Shown one piece after another: positions 24,093 through 37,273 of a stretch of DNA of 64,000 nt. How positions within the stretch are numbered: the first letter of the stretch is position 1; each line of letters opens with the position of its first letter. The notes below the pieces were generated by a model. That model made no database searches and was not told where the DNA came from. It saw only the letters and a list, made by a program, of their open reading frames with translations. The position numbers were made by a program, and so were the translations under genes. The stretch comes from Podarcis filfolensis. Its lineage: Eukaryota. The stretch lies in assembly GCA_964270895.1 (NCBI GenBank), contig OZ185435.1. The stretch is one strand, 5' to 3'.

Positions 24093-25546
24093 TATTTGAA
24101 ATACAACAACCCTGTAAATTAGGTAGGAATTGTCATCAAACACAGTTTTGTTCATTTCAGTGTTTTATGTGCCATTTTCTTGTATTTGCATTTTTGTATT
24201 ATGCTGCGCACTGTCCTGCAATCTGATGAACGGAAGCATAAAAATGGTTTTAAATAACAACGTCAACATTTCATTCACAGTATCAATATGAAATTGTGGC
24301 TGAGATAAGATTTGAAGCAGGTTACTCCAGGGCTGTTGAAGTCCAACTCCCATTAGCCCCAGCCAGCATGATGGGAGTTGTAGTCCAGAGAGCCACAAGT
24401 TCCCCAGTTCCCATAATTGTTTGCAGTGGCATGTTATTACTATAATATGTTGCATAGGATTTTTTTGTCACATTTTCTGTAAGCTGCCTCAGATTTCAGA
24501 CACAAGATACAACTGTTTAGGAAAAAACATATTTACGTTACTTAACAATTAATCCACTATAAATATACCGCATTTTGTGTTGTTGTATAAAGTGTTTTAA
24601 GAGATAAATATTCCTTATCTCTTGGTTGTTAGATTACCTTTTCTACCATAGGAGCCAACTCCTAGGGGCTGAGGTCTCTTTGTTATATGAGGGGGCTGCC
24701 CCCCCCATTGATGGGCGTTGCAGGCGCCGCATCTTGTAATCGATTATGTGGGGCGGGGCTTACCATTCCCCCCTTCAATATTCTATTCAAGTTGGCGTCC
24801 ATGTTTCCTACTATATCCATTCTAGTTTGCCGTCTCTTGCTTATGGGGTATGTGTTTGTGGATGTTTGTGTGTGTGCATGCCTGAAGTTTATTTCTCATA
24901 TTTACATTTCAGTAGCTCTCTGTAGAAGCAGCTCAGTAATGAGAGTACCTTGGCAGCCCTTATATCACCATATCTATCAGGTATTACTTGATAAAAAAAA
25001 CTACAGAATCGTGTGAGTCTGTAAGAGATATTTTAAGCACTGGTAACGAGAATTTAATAAGCTAGCAAATAGGCCAGGTGAGTTTATTAATGCGAGGTTA
25101 TTGGCCTTGAGATTAGTTTGTAGTATTAATTAAAGATGGATCAGTCTATTTCCAGGCTGTGTCCCTTTCAAATGTGTTTATTCGTAAATTCATTCTGTTT
25201 TTGCAATAATTTGGGGGGGGAAGAAAAAAAGTCAACTCTGCATGAAATTTGCCTTTAAATGTGTAAGCATGTTTTTGGAACAGATTTTCTCACAATACAC
25301 CCACTTTTCCCTAAATTTATGCATTTCTAAACATATTTTATCTAAATATATACGTTTTAAATGCATTTCAAAGGTAAAAACTGCACCACAAAATTCAGAG
25401 CAGTGCTGAATCTAAAATATAATGACATTTTCATCTACAGATTAGTTTGGGAATTGTAGAAAGGGTCAGTGTGTATTTGCAAAGCACAAATTATTATCAC
25501 AAATGTAGTATTAACTGCCATGAAAATCCTCTTAGTCACAATATAT

Positions 25547-26422
25547 GTGGCGGTGAAGGTCCTGTGCGAGTACCTGGAGGCGGTTGGAGGATGGATGGCG
25601 GCTAACAGATTAAGACAGAAGTGCTCTTTTGGGGAGACAGGGGGCGGGCAGATGTGGGGCACTCCCTGGTCCTGAATGGGGCAACTGTGCCCCTGAAGGA
25701 GCAGGTGCGCAGCCTGGGAGTCCTTTTGGACTCATAGCTGACCATGGAGGCGCCGGTCAATTCTGTGTCCAGGGCAGCTGTTTACCAGCTCCATCTGGTA
25801 CACAGGCTGAGACCCTATCTGCCAGTGGACTGTCTCGCCAGAGTGGTGCATGCTCTAGTTATCTCTCGCTTGGACTACTGCATTGCGCTCTATGTGGGGC
25901 TACCTTTGAAGGTGACCCGGAAACTACAGCTAATTCAGAATGCGGCAGCCAGACTGGTGACTGGGGGCGGCCGCTGAGACCACATAACACCGGTCTTGAA
26001 AGCCCTACATTGGCTCCCAGTACATTTCTGAGCACAATTCAAAGTGTTGGTGCTGACCTTTAAAGCCCTAAATGGCCTCAGCCCAGTATACCTGAAGGAG
26101 CGTCTCCACCCCCATCATTCAGCCTGAACACTTGAGGTCCAGCACCAAGGGCCTTCTGGCGGTTCCCTCACTGCGAGAAGTGAGGTTACAGGGAACCAGG
26201 CAGAGGGCCTTCTCGGTAGTGGCGCCCGCCCTGTGGAACACCCTCCCATCAGATGTCAAGGAAATAAACAACTATCCGACTTTTAGAAGACATCTGAAGG
26301 CAGCCCTGTCTAGGGAAGTTTTTAATGTTTGAAGTTTTATTCTGTTCTGTTGAAAGCCGTCCAGAGTGGCTGGGGAGACCCTGCCGGATGGGCAGGGTAG
26401 AAATAAATTATTTATTTATTAA

Positions 26423-26470
<48 letters not shown>
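25547..26470 (+). mobile_element. L2 LINE, 5'-truncated (RT C-terminal part, 3' UTR, (TAT)n tail)
   Basis: SRLDYCIALYVGLPLKVTRKLQLIQNAAARLVTG...HITPVL..LHWLPV, classic L2 motifs, with in-frame stops. Confidence 0.95.
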
Positions 26471-26537
26471 CTCTTGTATCTCCAGTATCCCTCCTTCATT
26501 TAGAGGCTTAGGCCTTCTGAATAACTGTACTCTAGTG

Positions 26538-26851
26538 CAGTGCTACTCAAAGTGCATCATAGAATCATGGAGTTGGAAGGGACTCTGAGGATCATCTAGT
26601 CCAACCCCCTGCAATGCAGAAATATGTAACTGTCCCATATGGGGATCGAACCTGCAACCTTGGCATTATCTGAACCGTGCTCTAACCAACTGAGCAGCAG
26701 TCCACAGACTGGTGTCGGTCCACAAGCCCAGCTGCTGGCCTACAGCCCAGGTTTGGTGTGATGCTTCAGAGACCAAATGTGGTACCGGTTCCTGGCACAA
26801 GGGGGAGGCGGATTGCCGGTCCACAACATCAGATTGTTTGAGAAGCGCATG
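26538..26851 (+). mobile_element. hAT (Charlie/MER5-like) MITE interrupted by a SINE
   Basis: ctctagtg|cagtgctactcaaagtg left end, tttgagaagcgcatg right end; TSD decayed. Confidence 0.65.
26558..26695 (-). mobile_element. tRNA-head SINE with CR1-type tail
   Basis: Reverse complement of the 63630-63785 family (gctcagttggttagagc...caggttcgatcccc). Confidence 0.85.
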
Positions 26852-28236
26852 ATGTCAGTGGGCAGAGTGTTAAGACCGCCTACCTCTGTTTTGATTTGTT
26901 CTCAAATGGACACACTGAGAGGTAATACTGAATCAATCTGTAATGAGCTTTTATTTCCGGAATGAAACCAGTTTCTCCATAAATACATTTCAGGGGTTAA
27001 ATATATGCAATAGGTGCTAGCTCGTGTGCGGACTACGTAAAAATACAAGTGTCTCCATTGATTCTAGAATAACAATGTTGTGTGTACACAGCCTGAAACT
27101 GGCAGTCACAGGTTAATGGCTGAAGCATATGCAGATTCCACTCCAAATATCTAGGAAGTGCTTCACATTATTAAGGGAAGCTATTAGTTCTTTTACTTAA
27201 ATTACTGCAGATAATAGGCTGACCAGAATTTTAGTTAGTTAATACATACTGCCAAGAAGAAACTCTTAAAGTATCTTATTGTATTATATTTCCTAACTGA
27301 ATATTGTTCCTAAGACGGCTTATCTTGAATCTTACAGTGTGTTAATTTCCTACCATAGCAGTGCCAGCACTAGAAAAAAAATATATTGGGGAGGGCACAG
27401 AAGGGCAACGCGCATTTTTGTGGGGTGGGGGCAGATATATGGAAATATGTGATTGGTCCCTAAAATGCATATTTTTTCACCCAACAGGATAATTTGTGAT
27501 AAAGAGAATGGTTATCAGTTTCAAATAAACCTCCAGCTTCCAATCACATTTTTCCCCCCTGTGAAACTCAAACTGTGAAGTCTCTAGAAAATGCTGAAGG
27601 AAACCTACTGATAACTCCTGATGGAAAGTAACAGCAATTTAAGTTGTTAAATGTCAGTTTTCTAGCAAAGTGGAATTCATTTATTTCATTCCCTCAAACC
27701 TACAAACACTTGGTTATCACATAGTTTGAGCTAAAATTAATTAATCAAATCACCCTAACTTAAAATGTGTGAGGTCAGAATGGTTTGTCAACACTCTTTA
27801 ATAAGTTCCTGGGTGTGGGATAGTAAAATCCACAACCTGTTTCATATTTATATGAGAAATTAATGCTGTAGGTTTTTTTTTATGTTGAACATACACCACT
27901 GAGCATGCATCAAAATAAATTTTGATTCAGTGTTGACCTTCAATAATAATATGCAGCTCAATTACTCCCACTTATATGTGGAAATTACAGTATCTGCAGA
28001 AGTTTTCTAACTCAGGCAGGATTTCTATTCATTGTTAATTTTAGAAGTAGATATAGAAATCTACTGTGATTCTTACCCTCTGACAATATGTCCAAACTTT
28101 TTAAAAATTCTGTAGCTAGTAATTTACTTTTCAATTGTAGAATGTTTATTACCTTTTAGTCTTCACAGCTGTTTGTTTAAATGAACAAATGAGAACAAGG
28201 CACATTTAATTTTGTCTTCTTTAGTTCTCAGAAAAT

Positions 28237-28237
28237 A

Positions 28238-28280
<43 letters not shown>
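28237..28280. repeat. (AAAG)11 microsatellite
   Basis: Direct reading. Confidence 0.95.
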
Positions 28281-28609
28281 CATGTCTGAACTGGTTATCA
28301 TAGCTTATTTCACTAAAATACGCCACTTTCATTAAACCAAGAACAAAAATTCACATAACATAATGTTTTGTTTCATTTTTTGCTGAGAAACAAACTATGA
28401 TCCCCACTGCAGACATACAGCTAAGCCAAGAATCATGGTTTGTTGCTCTTGCTGGCTGGTTGGGTGGAGCAAATGAACTCCATTATGGAGCACTTCTTTG
28501 GGGAGAGCATTCCACAAACAGGGAGCTGTGCAGCATTATGTACACCATCTTGAGCTCTTGGGATAAAAAGATGGAACATAAATGCAGTAAATTGTGGTCC
28601 AGCAACATT

Positions 28610-29109
28610 TTAAACAATGAAGCCAAGTGGAGGAGGCGACCATGACAAAAATCAAGGAACAGGTAGTAGAGGGAAGGCAAGCAAGGGATGAGGCAGGCAA
28701 GGAAGGGGCAGGAGAGGCCAAGGCGGAAGAGGAAATTGCTTCCCCACTGCTGCTTTACACAGCGGGGTCACCATGGCTGCTGTGTAAAGTGGCAGTGGGG
28801 CAGCAGCTTGAAGTTCTCCTATAGCCTTGCTGCTCTCTGGATCCGTGGCGAGTGGGCTTTCTGCTTTCATACAGAGGCTATGAGAGCAGCAAGCCTATTG
28901 GACAAGGCTGCCCAGAGGGAGGCACCTAGAGGAGGAGGAAGAGAATCCATTGCCCTCCTGCTGACACCACTTTACACAGTGATGATTCCATAACCCTGCC
29001 ATGTAAAGCAGCAGTGGGGCAGCGCCTTCCTCTTCCTCCTTGGTGCCACTTCTCTCGGGTGCTGCCCGAGGCAGCTGCCTCAACCTGTGTCATTGTTTGG
29101 CCAGCTCTG
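28610..29109. mobile_element. Probable hAT-type non-autonomous element with internal inverted repeats
   Basis: Right end gcagctgcctca...ggccagctctg resembles lizard hAT ends as recalled; left end decayed; boundaries approximate. Confidence 0.5.
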
Positions 29110-29212
29110 GACTCAACCCTATCAAATGATATGCTTGTGTTGTTGTTTCAATTTTACACGCTTGAAATTATCCAGTCCTGCTTCTTTCTGTGGGGCGGGG
29201 AAAACAGTAGCA

Positions 29213-29469
29213 CAGGGTAGGCAACCTAAGGCCCGTGGGCTGGATGTGGCCCAATCGCCTTCTCAATCCGGCCCCCGGCGGTCCAGGAATCAGCGTGTTT
29301 TTACATAAGCAGAATGTGTGCTTTTATTTAAAATGCATCTCTGGGTTATTTGTGGGGCATAGGAATTCGTTCATTCCCCCCCCCCCCAAAAAAAAAATAT
29401 AGTCCGGCCCACCACATGGTCTGAGGGATGGTGGACCAGCCCATGGCTGAAAAGGGTTGCTGACCCCTG
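29213..29469 (+). mobile_element. hAT (Charlie/Buster-like) MITE
   Basis: cagggtaggcaacc / ggttgctgacccctg TIRs; near-TSD (c)agtagca / agtagcta. Confidence 0.85.
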
Positions 29470-30283
29470 AGTAGCTATTCCCTTTGCGTTACTTCTTTTT
29501 TACTGGGAGACAGATATCACTTAGCTTTAGTAATTAGTAATTCACAGAATAAAAATGGAATGCAAATATGTCATGGGGGGATGTTATTATGGAGGCTTCA
29601 GCCACCACTTGAAGTAATCTAGCAAAGTATGGGTGGAAAGTCTAGGTCCTTCCAAAGGCTGCCAACAGATAAACATGCAAGTCTTCACCCAAGATCAAAA
29701 TCTCTGGGAATGTTTGTTGTTTTAAGTGTGTGCTAGTAGACAGATTCCTTGGTTTTCATTCCTCTTACCTATGTGAAATATATGGTCAAATATAATAAAA
29801 AAGTAAGTTTTCTTTCTTCAAATTAAAACTGAATGACCAACTATTTGCAGAAAGGTGGTATTTTGCTTATCTATGGGTTTCAAAGAGAAAATACTTCTGT
29901 AACTGACATTAAAGAAGCCTTAGTCTGTGCTTAAGTTGACCCAAATGATGAGGCACATAACTGTCCAAAGCTGCTCTATTGACTACAGCAATTGCATACA
30001 TGAACACATTGGGATTTTTGACTATTTCTTCCCTAAACAGTGCTTTATTTGAGTTTAGAAATCATCTGACATGATTATGGGTTGGTTGATTAACCATTAA
30101 AATGCCAGCCACTGAATTTCTTGGCTACTTGAAGATGAACACTTTCTCCTATAAGCTGTTCTCAAGGGCTGTGACAGGGTGAAATTTTTTAGATAAGGCA
30201 AGACTAATGTCAAAGTACAATGCATGTGCAAAATCGCATCATGTGCATCTAACAAGTTACACAGTTGGCCTTTTGCCGTACAG

Positions 30284-30304
30284 AAAAGAGCAGATAATTC
30301 TAGG
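30284..30304 (+). other. Candidate 21-nt microexon
   Basis: ctaac branch point, ccttttgccgtacag acceptor, AGG|gtaagt donor; KRADNSR or KEQIILG. Confidence 0.45.
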
Positions 30305-32885
30305 GTAAGTTTACTGTACGAAAAAGGTTAAGGCCAGCTGAAGTCCATTGAATAGCAATCCCATTCACGGGCTAATTCCATTATTCTTGGTGAGATTCAG
30401 TGGACTGTGAGAGACTTTTGAAGCATATTGGGTATCTTACCTCTAAAGCTGAAAACACAGTAGCATTCAAGTATTAGGTACAGAAGGATGTCTGTGTGTA
30501 TTTCTATCAGAATGTGTGTGTTTTTCTTCAAAAAAAATTTAAGTATGGCTAGTATTGAAACTTTTCTATTTCCGTAATGTAAGAAAAGTTTTCAGACATC
30601 CCGAAATCTCTGTGATGGATATGGATGTCATCTTTCGCACAGGGAAGGGGCACCTTCTATTATCCATCACCCAGCATTGTTGGAGACACAGTACTTACAA
30701 AAATTGTGGGCAGTGCTGCAATAAACAAGAAGTTGAAAATTTAAATAATTTTCTGTGTAAATAAGTATGTAAATCCTGTGTACAGTTAGGTACCACGCTA
30801 GTGGCAATGTGATTTTGTTCCTTGTGATTCATTTTCGTCTTCAGAGTAATTCTGATTATATCAGTACATGTTTCCTGCCCATTTTAATTGTTCCTATTAT
30901 AATATTATTCATAGGTTTCAACAACTTCACTTGGCTCATTACTAAAGCAAGATTTTCCTTGGCTTAGTGCTTCTGTTTTATTTGTGTCTGGCGAATAAAG
31001 CCATGCTTTCTGCATTTTTCAAGGTGCTTCTATATTCTTGAGATATCTGTGGGGCACTTAACCTACATTAGACCTAAGAGGTCTGAGGGTTCTTCAGAAG
31101 ACAAAGAATTTCATGCTACTGTCCTGGAGGATGTGTCAAGGGCAATACAGACAAAAGACTGATGTCTCCTTTAACAGCTTGATAAGTATCTCAGGATATT
31201 CAGCAGGAATCACTACAGTTCTACAAAGTACTCATTCAGCATAATATGGCTGGATATGTGCACTGTATATGACAATGGCAAAGACTTATCTTTGCCCTGA
31301 GGGCTAAGTGCTGTAACACTTCACAAGTGGTAGCCTTGATAGAAGGGAAGATTGAGAGATGCCCATGGACTAAAATGCAACATTGTGTGTGTTAAGGAAT
31401 TAAACTTGGATCTGTAGTCATGTTGATTTTATTTTACGTTTCAAAGGTCTATTTATTTACAGCAGCAAATTCTCTTGTAAAAGAAAGCTAAATCATTCTT
31501 GTATTGACCATTTTTTTCATGTTGTTCTATTGAGGCCTCTTCCCAACTGAGTTCCTTATTGAATTGTATTTCTATGAGGGTATTGTAGGTTAGCAGCACA
31601 TTTTATAGTACACAAAAGATGTGCCTTCTGAATTTTCAATGCCTTTCATATTGTTCCCCATAGAAAAAACATCTCTGAAATACTGAATAAATCAAAATAG
31701 AAACATTTGGCTCTTGACTTGCTGCCAACATTATTTTTCTCTAAGTTAACATTTGTTGGAGTAGTCTGTCTAGCCTACCTTTATCTATTTGATTAATATA
31801 TACGAAAAGGCCTTTTGGAACCCTCTATTGCATTTTTGGCTAAAAAGCAAAGGAATTCATACTGCATTTATCTTTAAACTGAAAGCATATTAGTGCAGGA
31901 TTTAAAGCAATCGAGATACACATATGTACACACACTAAACTTAAACGCTGTTTTCTGTGATTCAAGGACTCTGTTTGACAGTGTCTTAGAATCAAATCTA
32001 TAAGCCTGTAGCATGTAATTGTTTAAATAAGGATTTCAGCTGAAACTGGTATGACACTGAGTACAGATTTTGTTCAGATATTTGTAGATTTTAAGTGACA
32101 GGGAAAGCTGTATATTAACCTGATTTGAATCAGGTTCCAGTTATTTTTATATCCTGTCCTTGAAGTATTCATTCTTTGAAATGGTCTACATACAATGTGC
32201 AGCTCAATTTGATGCAGTTAGATAGGTGCATCTCTGGAAGTGAGAAATTTCTCTGCCAAATCATAATACTTGTTTATCCAGCAGATAACTGCTTAGGCTA
32301 GGGTATATAACTACTTTGCCAGTGCAACAGTTTAAAACATGATAGCATGTGCCAGTGTTGTAAATGGGAATACAAATGTTTCAAGTTCAGGTGCAAAGGA
32401 CTACTGTAGAATACATTATTTGTTCTGGGGGAAACACAATTTTGAATTGTGAGTTATGTAAGCGCCACCCCAACACTTCTGCAGGATCTTTGTTACATCC
32501 AGCAGTGCCAGATTAAACCCTGTGGAAGCCCCTAGGCAGTTCAAATCAGGGGGGGGGGCTCGCAAATTATCTCCTAATACGTATTTGTAATTTTCTTTCA
32601 AGATCAAATCAATATTATTTTGATCTGTTGACATGGAGCTCCTAAAAGGTGTGGGTCCCACCACAGATTGTTGAACTGTGGTTAGAAATGCCTCCTTCCT
32701 TCTGGAGTACGAATTCCCACTGCTGCGCATGAACTACAGTTAGCTGTTACATCATCAGCACTAGCACTAACCACGGGCTGCATGCTGTTTGTATATACAG
32801 ACAAGCATCCTGTTATTCTGTGACCAGAAGGGTTTGAAAATCTTCCATCTCGTAGGCAAGGATTCAGATAAGTTAGCACTATTAC

Positions 32886-33033
32886 CAGTGCTCCCTCCCC
32901 TAAAAAAATGTTTAGGGGTACTCTCATTTTGACACAAGAAAATTTTATAGTTCAAATCGGGGGAAATAAATACAGTAAATGGGCAAAAGTAAAAAGATTC
33001 ACCAAATGTTTAGGGGTAAAAAAAAAAGCACTG
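32886..33033. mobile_element. hAT MITE, same family as 19451-19612, opposite orientation
   Basis: cagtgct / agcactg ends; perfect 8-bp TSD actattac. Confidence 0.9.
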
Positions 33034-36000
33034 ACTATTACTATATTTGCTTTGTTCAGCCTGTATTTCTCCAAAAAAGAAAAATGGGAAAATGTTTATT
33101 ATATTCTGATCTGATCATATACATATTTACTCAGACCTAGTTCCCACGGAGTTCAATGGGAGACTTCCTACATAGGAAGTTTTCTGACAGTGCAGTCTTG
33201 TGCATGTTTACTCAGAGGTAAGTCCTGCTGTGTTCAATGATGCTTACTTTTAGGAAATTGTGCACAGGGATGCAGCTTTGTAACGTTAAGATGCCATATA
33301 AGAAAGTGCTATTGCTATGTAATATACTAGAGAAGCCTTTCTACTGACTTCACAAGACATTTTCCCCCAAGCTGAAATGGTAAAATAATGAAGGCCTTTG
33401 GTGAATTAAACAGCTTGTTAGTCATGAAGAATCAGTGGATTGAGTTCTCCAGAGGTTCAATGTACAAGGTAGAAGCAATGAGATTGGAAAAGTAAAACTC
33501 CTAGTTGCTGAATATATATTAAGATATTCTTCAAATTTAATATTGGAAATAAGTTACATTTTGGCAGCTTACTAATTTATTAACTTTAACTTCAGTGATC
33601 CTGGCCAGAATTTAGCCATGACAGTAATTAAGGAAATTGTTCTGAATAAAGAGCTACATTGAGTAGTATGCTAGAAGGTGAAATACTCCTGTCATTTACT
33701 CCTTTGTGCCTCTACTGTGTGCCTCTAAGCTATGTAGTTGCTATCATGTTTTTTTCACTTTACTTTAATCTTATTATTAAAAATTTTAAGGTTAAAAGTC
33801 TTGCATCCAAATTGCTTTCTTCCTCCAAGAATGGATCTAGTATAATTAAATGGAGACCATACTGGACATATTCTGAATGTTCAAAAGCTTTCTTGATCTT
33901 TAAAACTCTCCCTAGATTTACGTACTTCTAGGAAGAGCCTCGCTGAATCACAACAAAAGTCCATCTAGTCCCACATCCTCTCTGAATGAAAAGCAGGGCA
34001 TGAAGTCAACAACCTCCCTGCTGCTTGTCTTCAACATCCAGCATCTAGTGGTAGAATGCCTCTCTATGTGGAGGTTCTATCTAGCTGATATGGCTAATAA
34101 ACATGGCTAGATCTTTCCCAGAGACGTTAGTAAGTTATGGTTTCTGATGAGGTATCGGTGGACCTGCATGGGTATAAATGCAGCTTCAGCTGATGTTTGG
34201 TTAATGGCTTTTATTTGGTCTGCATCGATGCGTGGGCTACATCAGTTCTAGCCACCGCACCATAGTGGTTCTCAGTGATGGCTCACCACTCAATCACTCC
34301 ACATAACAGATGTATAGCTAACCAATTCGACAATATTCTCTGTAAACTCAGCCATATGATTACTAGGGGTTGGCCTGTGGGGGGTGGGGGTGGGGAAACC
34401 ACAGTACTGTCATTATAGAGATCCTAGCCTCTAAGGATGGCCATCTGTCATGGATGCTTTAGCTGAGATTCCTGCATTGCAGAGGGTTGGACTAGATGGC
34501 CCTTGGGTCCCTTCCAGCTAGGATAAGAGCAGGCTGCACACCTGCTGCTGCACTCAAGGACTCTTCGCACTCACTGTTCATTGCCATTGACACCTCAACA
34601 GTACTAATCATCCATTGGGGAGGGAAGAAATGGCTTCTGGATTGAATTCTCAGTCCCAGGTGACCAACAATGGATTGAAAGATTGCAGTGAACGTGCTTC
34701 CGCTTTGAGCTTATTTACACATTACAGTCATAGTGAGTGAGACAGAAGCCAGCCACTCTCCCATGTTTCCAAGGCCGAAGACCACCAGCCACCTTCCCTC
34801 TCAACAGGGAGAGAAGGCTAGAGATACTTGAAGCACTTGCTTGTCCCTTTTCTTTGACAATGGGAGATTTTTGCTTTATGTTGATGAAACTCCTTCCAAG
34901 TGGGAAAGGGGGACTGCTGATATGGCTCTAGGCTAGGTTTTTCAGGAGCAAAGTGCTGATTTACACATTTTAAAAATCTGATAATGAAGGAAGGAATAGC
35001 ATAGGAATGAGGCATCAATGGGGAGATCAGACGTTTAGCAAGAGATTTGCTTGTTTGCTAAACAAATTAAGTAGTTGCCACACTCAGAGGTTTTACATGC
35101 CATGAGCCAAACACAATCCTTTTTTAGTGAAGTGCATTCAGCTGTGAAACATCTAATAATAAATTATCAAATGATGAGGCAGCCAGTGATGAATCCCAAG
35201 TGTTAAAAGCTAAATATTGTTGTAAAAGGAAATTTTATAGTTATACCATGTCTTTTGTAGAAGTCTGGTGATCAAAATGAAAAATTTGGTGTATGCAGTA
35301 ATTTGAACCAGAATTAGAAAAGTCCAGAATACTTCTGCAGTGTTGGCAAACTGCTGTTAGGTGGATGTTTCTGCTGCTAACAACTTTTAGTAAAAGTGTG
35401 TTTTTTTCTGGTGAAGCCTTTGACATCCAATAGCTGAGCTACTGTGATGACACTGAATGTACATGAACACCCCCAAGTATGCAGAGCGGAGCTATCATAG
35501 CTTTCAGTCTCTATTCTGTGAGGGAAGGGAAGATTGTCAGTTCAGCTGGGACTAAACTCTTATACAGATCGAAGAGCTGGTAGCATTGCGGAGGAAATAG
35601 AACTAGAAGAAGAAGTTAATAAAGGAGGCAGACTTGAGTTCACATTAATTTGAACCAACTGGCCAATTATTTAATTAGAGGCTTTTCATCTAGCGGCATG
35701 TGCTTTCTATTTCCAATGTCTCCACTGGTAAGGGGTTACACAGTTTTACTCAGGTACAGAAATATTTCAATTTGTAGTTAAATCTCCAAAGCTGTAGCTC
35801 ATTCTGTTAATGTGCTTTACTCAAATGAAAGTTACAACTGAAAGTTCAAATATATGTGGTGTAACAGATTATGGGGACGCTGAGGACATCTGTCCCATTC
35901 TGTGAACAGGCCTTGGAACAGATGTCTCAAATTTCTTCAAATTCAGAACATGCTGTCCTTTTTTTTAAAGAGATGAACAGCATCTCTTCTCCTTGTCATC

Positions 36001-36040
36001 AACCACCAAAGTATTTTCTTTAATACATAATATGTAAATT

Positions 36041-36508
36041 NNNNNNNNNNNNNNNNNNNNNNNNNNNNNNNNNNNNNNNNNNNNNNNNNNNNNNNNNNNN
36101 NNNNNNNNNNNNNNNNNNNNNNNNNNNNNNNNNNNNNNNNNNNNNNNNNNNNNNNNNNNNNNNNNNNNNNNNNNNNNNNNNNNNNNNNNNNNNNNNNNNN
36201 NNNNNNNNNNNNNNNNNNNNNNNNNNNNNNNNNNNNNNNNNNNNNNNNNNNNNNNNNNNNNNNNNNNNNNNNNNNNNNNNNNNNNNNNNNNNNNNNNNNN
36301 NNNNNNNNNNNNNNNNNNNNNNNNNNNNNNNNNNNNNNNNNNNNNNNNNNNNNNNNNNNNNNNNNNNNNNNNNNNNNNNNNNNNNNNNNNNNNNNNNNNN
36401 NNNNNNNNNNNNNNNNNNNNNNNNNNNNNNNNNNNNNNNNNNNNNNNNNNNNNNNNNNNNNNNNNNNNNNNNNNNNNNNNNNNNNNNNNNNNNNNNNNNN
36501 NNNNNNNN
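36041..36508. other. Assembly gap (N run)
   Basis: Direct reading. Confidence 1.
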
Positions 36509-37135
36509 AGAAGGTATACCCTCCGCTTTTCATTATGAAGAAGCAGGGGAATTTCCCTTTTCAGCTCTTTCTTCTGTTTGGCATTTAACCCTAGAAATGT
36601 CAGATGTAATTATCTCAACTAACATGGAAGATACAAGGGTTAAAAGGAACCTGATTTTTTTTTTTTTTTTGTAGTTGTAGTTCAGGAATCTGTTTTTGCA
36701 AAAATTGCCATTAGTCCTCCTTGATGTGTTAGTTTTGTGTTTATTCACTGTCCCAGACAACGATGTTTTACATCTGATGCAAGCTTAGATAATAAATTAT
36801 TGTGATTATGATTATTATTCATGGTTATTATTATTATTATTTCAGGATCCTGCAATTTATTTTCCAAGTGTACTCTTGTGACTTGACTTAGCGTAAACCT
36901 TTTGACTCTAAAGTCACTCTTGCTGGGGTCAGTGAGGTTTACTTCTGAGTAATTGTGCAAAAAAATTGCAGGCTTAGGGCTGAATCACACATGAATGTGT
37001 ATTATTTTTACGATTGCTGCAACAATCAGAAGATTAACAGACCTGAATTAGCAGAATTTTCAAAATACTTCAAATATATTGAGTTAGATCCACACCCTGG
37101 TCTCAGCCATTTTTTTCTTTTAAGAATTATTAACC

Positions 37136-37273
37136 TTGTTCAGCTGGTAGAACATGAGATTCTTAGCATTAGGGTCGTGGGATTGATCCCCATGTTGGGC
37201 AAAAAGATTCCTGCATTGCAGGGTGGTTGGACTAGGTGACCTTCATGGCGCCTTCCAACTCTACAAGTCTATG
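37136..37273 (+). mobile_element. tRNA-head SINE with CR1-type tail
   Basis: ttcagctggtagaacatg head, gattgatcccc, ttcctgcattgcaggg...cttccaactctac tail. Confidence 0.75.

Noticed and set aside
32503-32780. hAT-like left end cagtgccagattaa
   Set aside because: Right TIR and TSD could not be matched, so boundaries are unsupported
35943-36533. ORFs spanning N runs (also 20721-21019 and 48064-48442)
   Set aside because: Artefacts of assembly gaps
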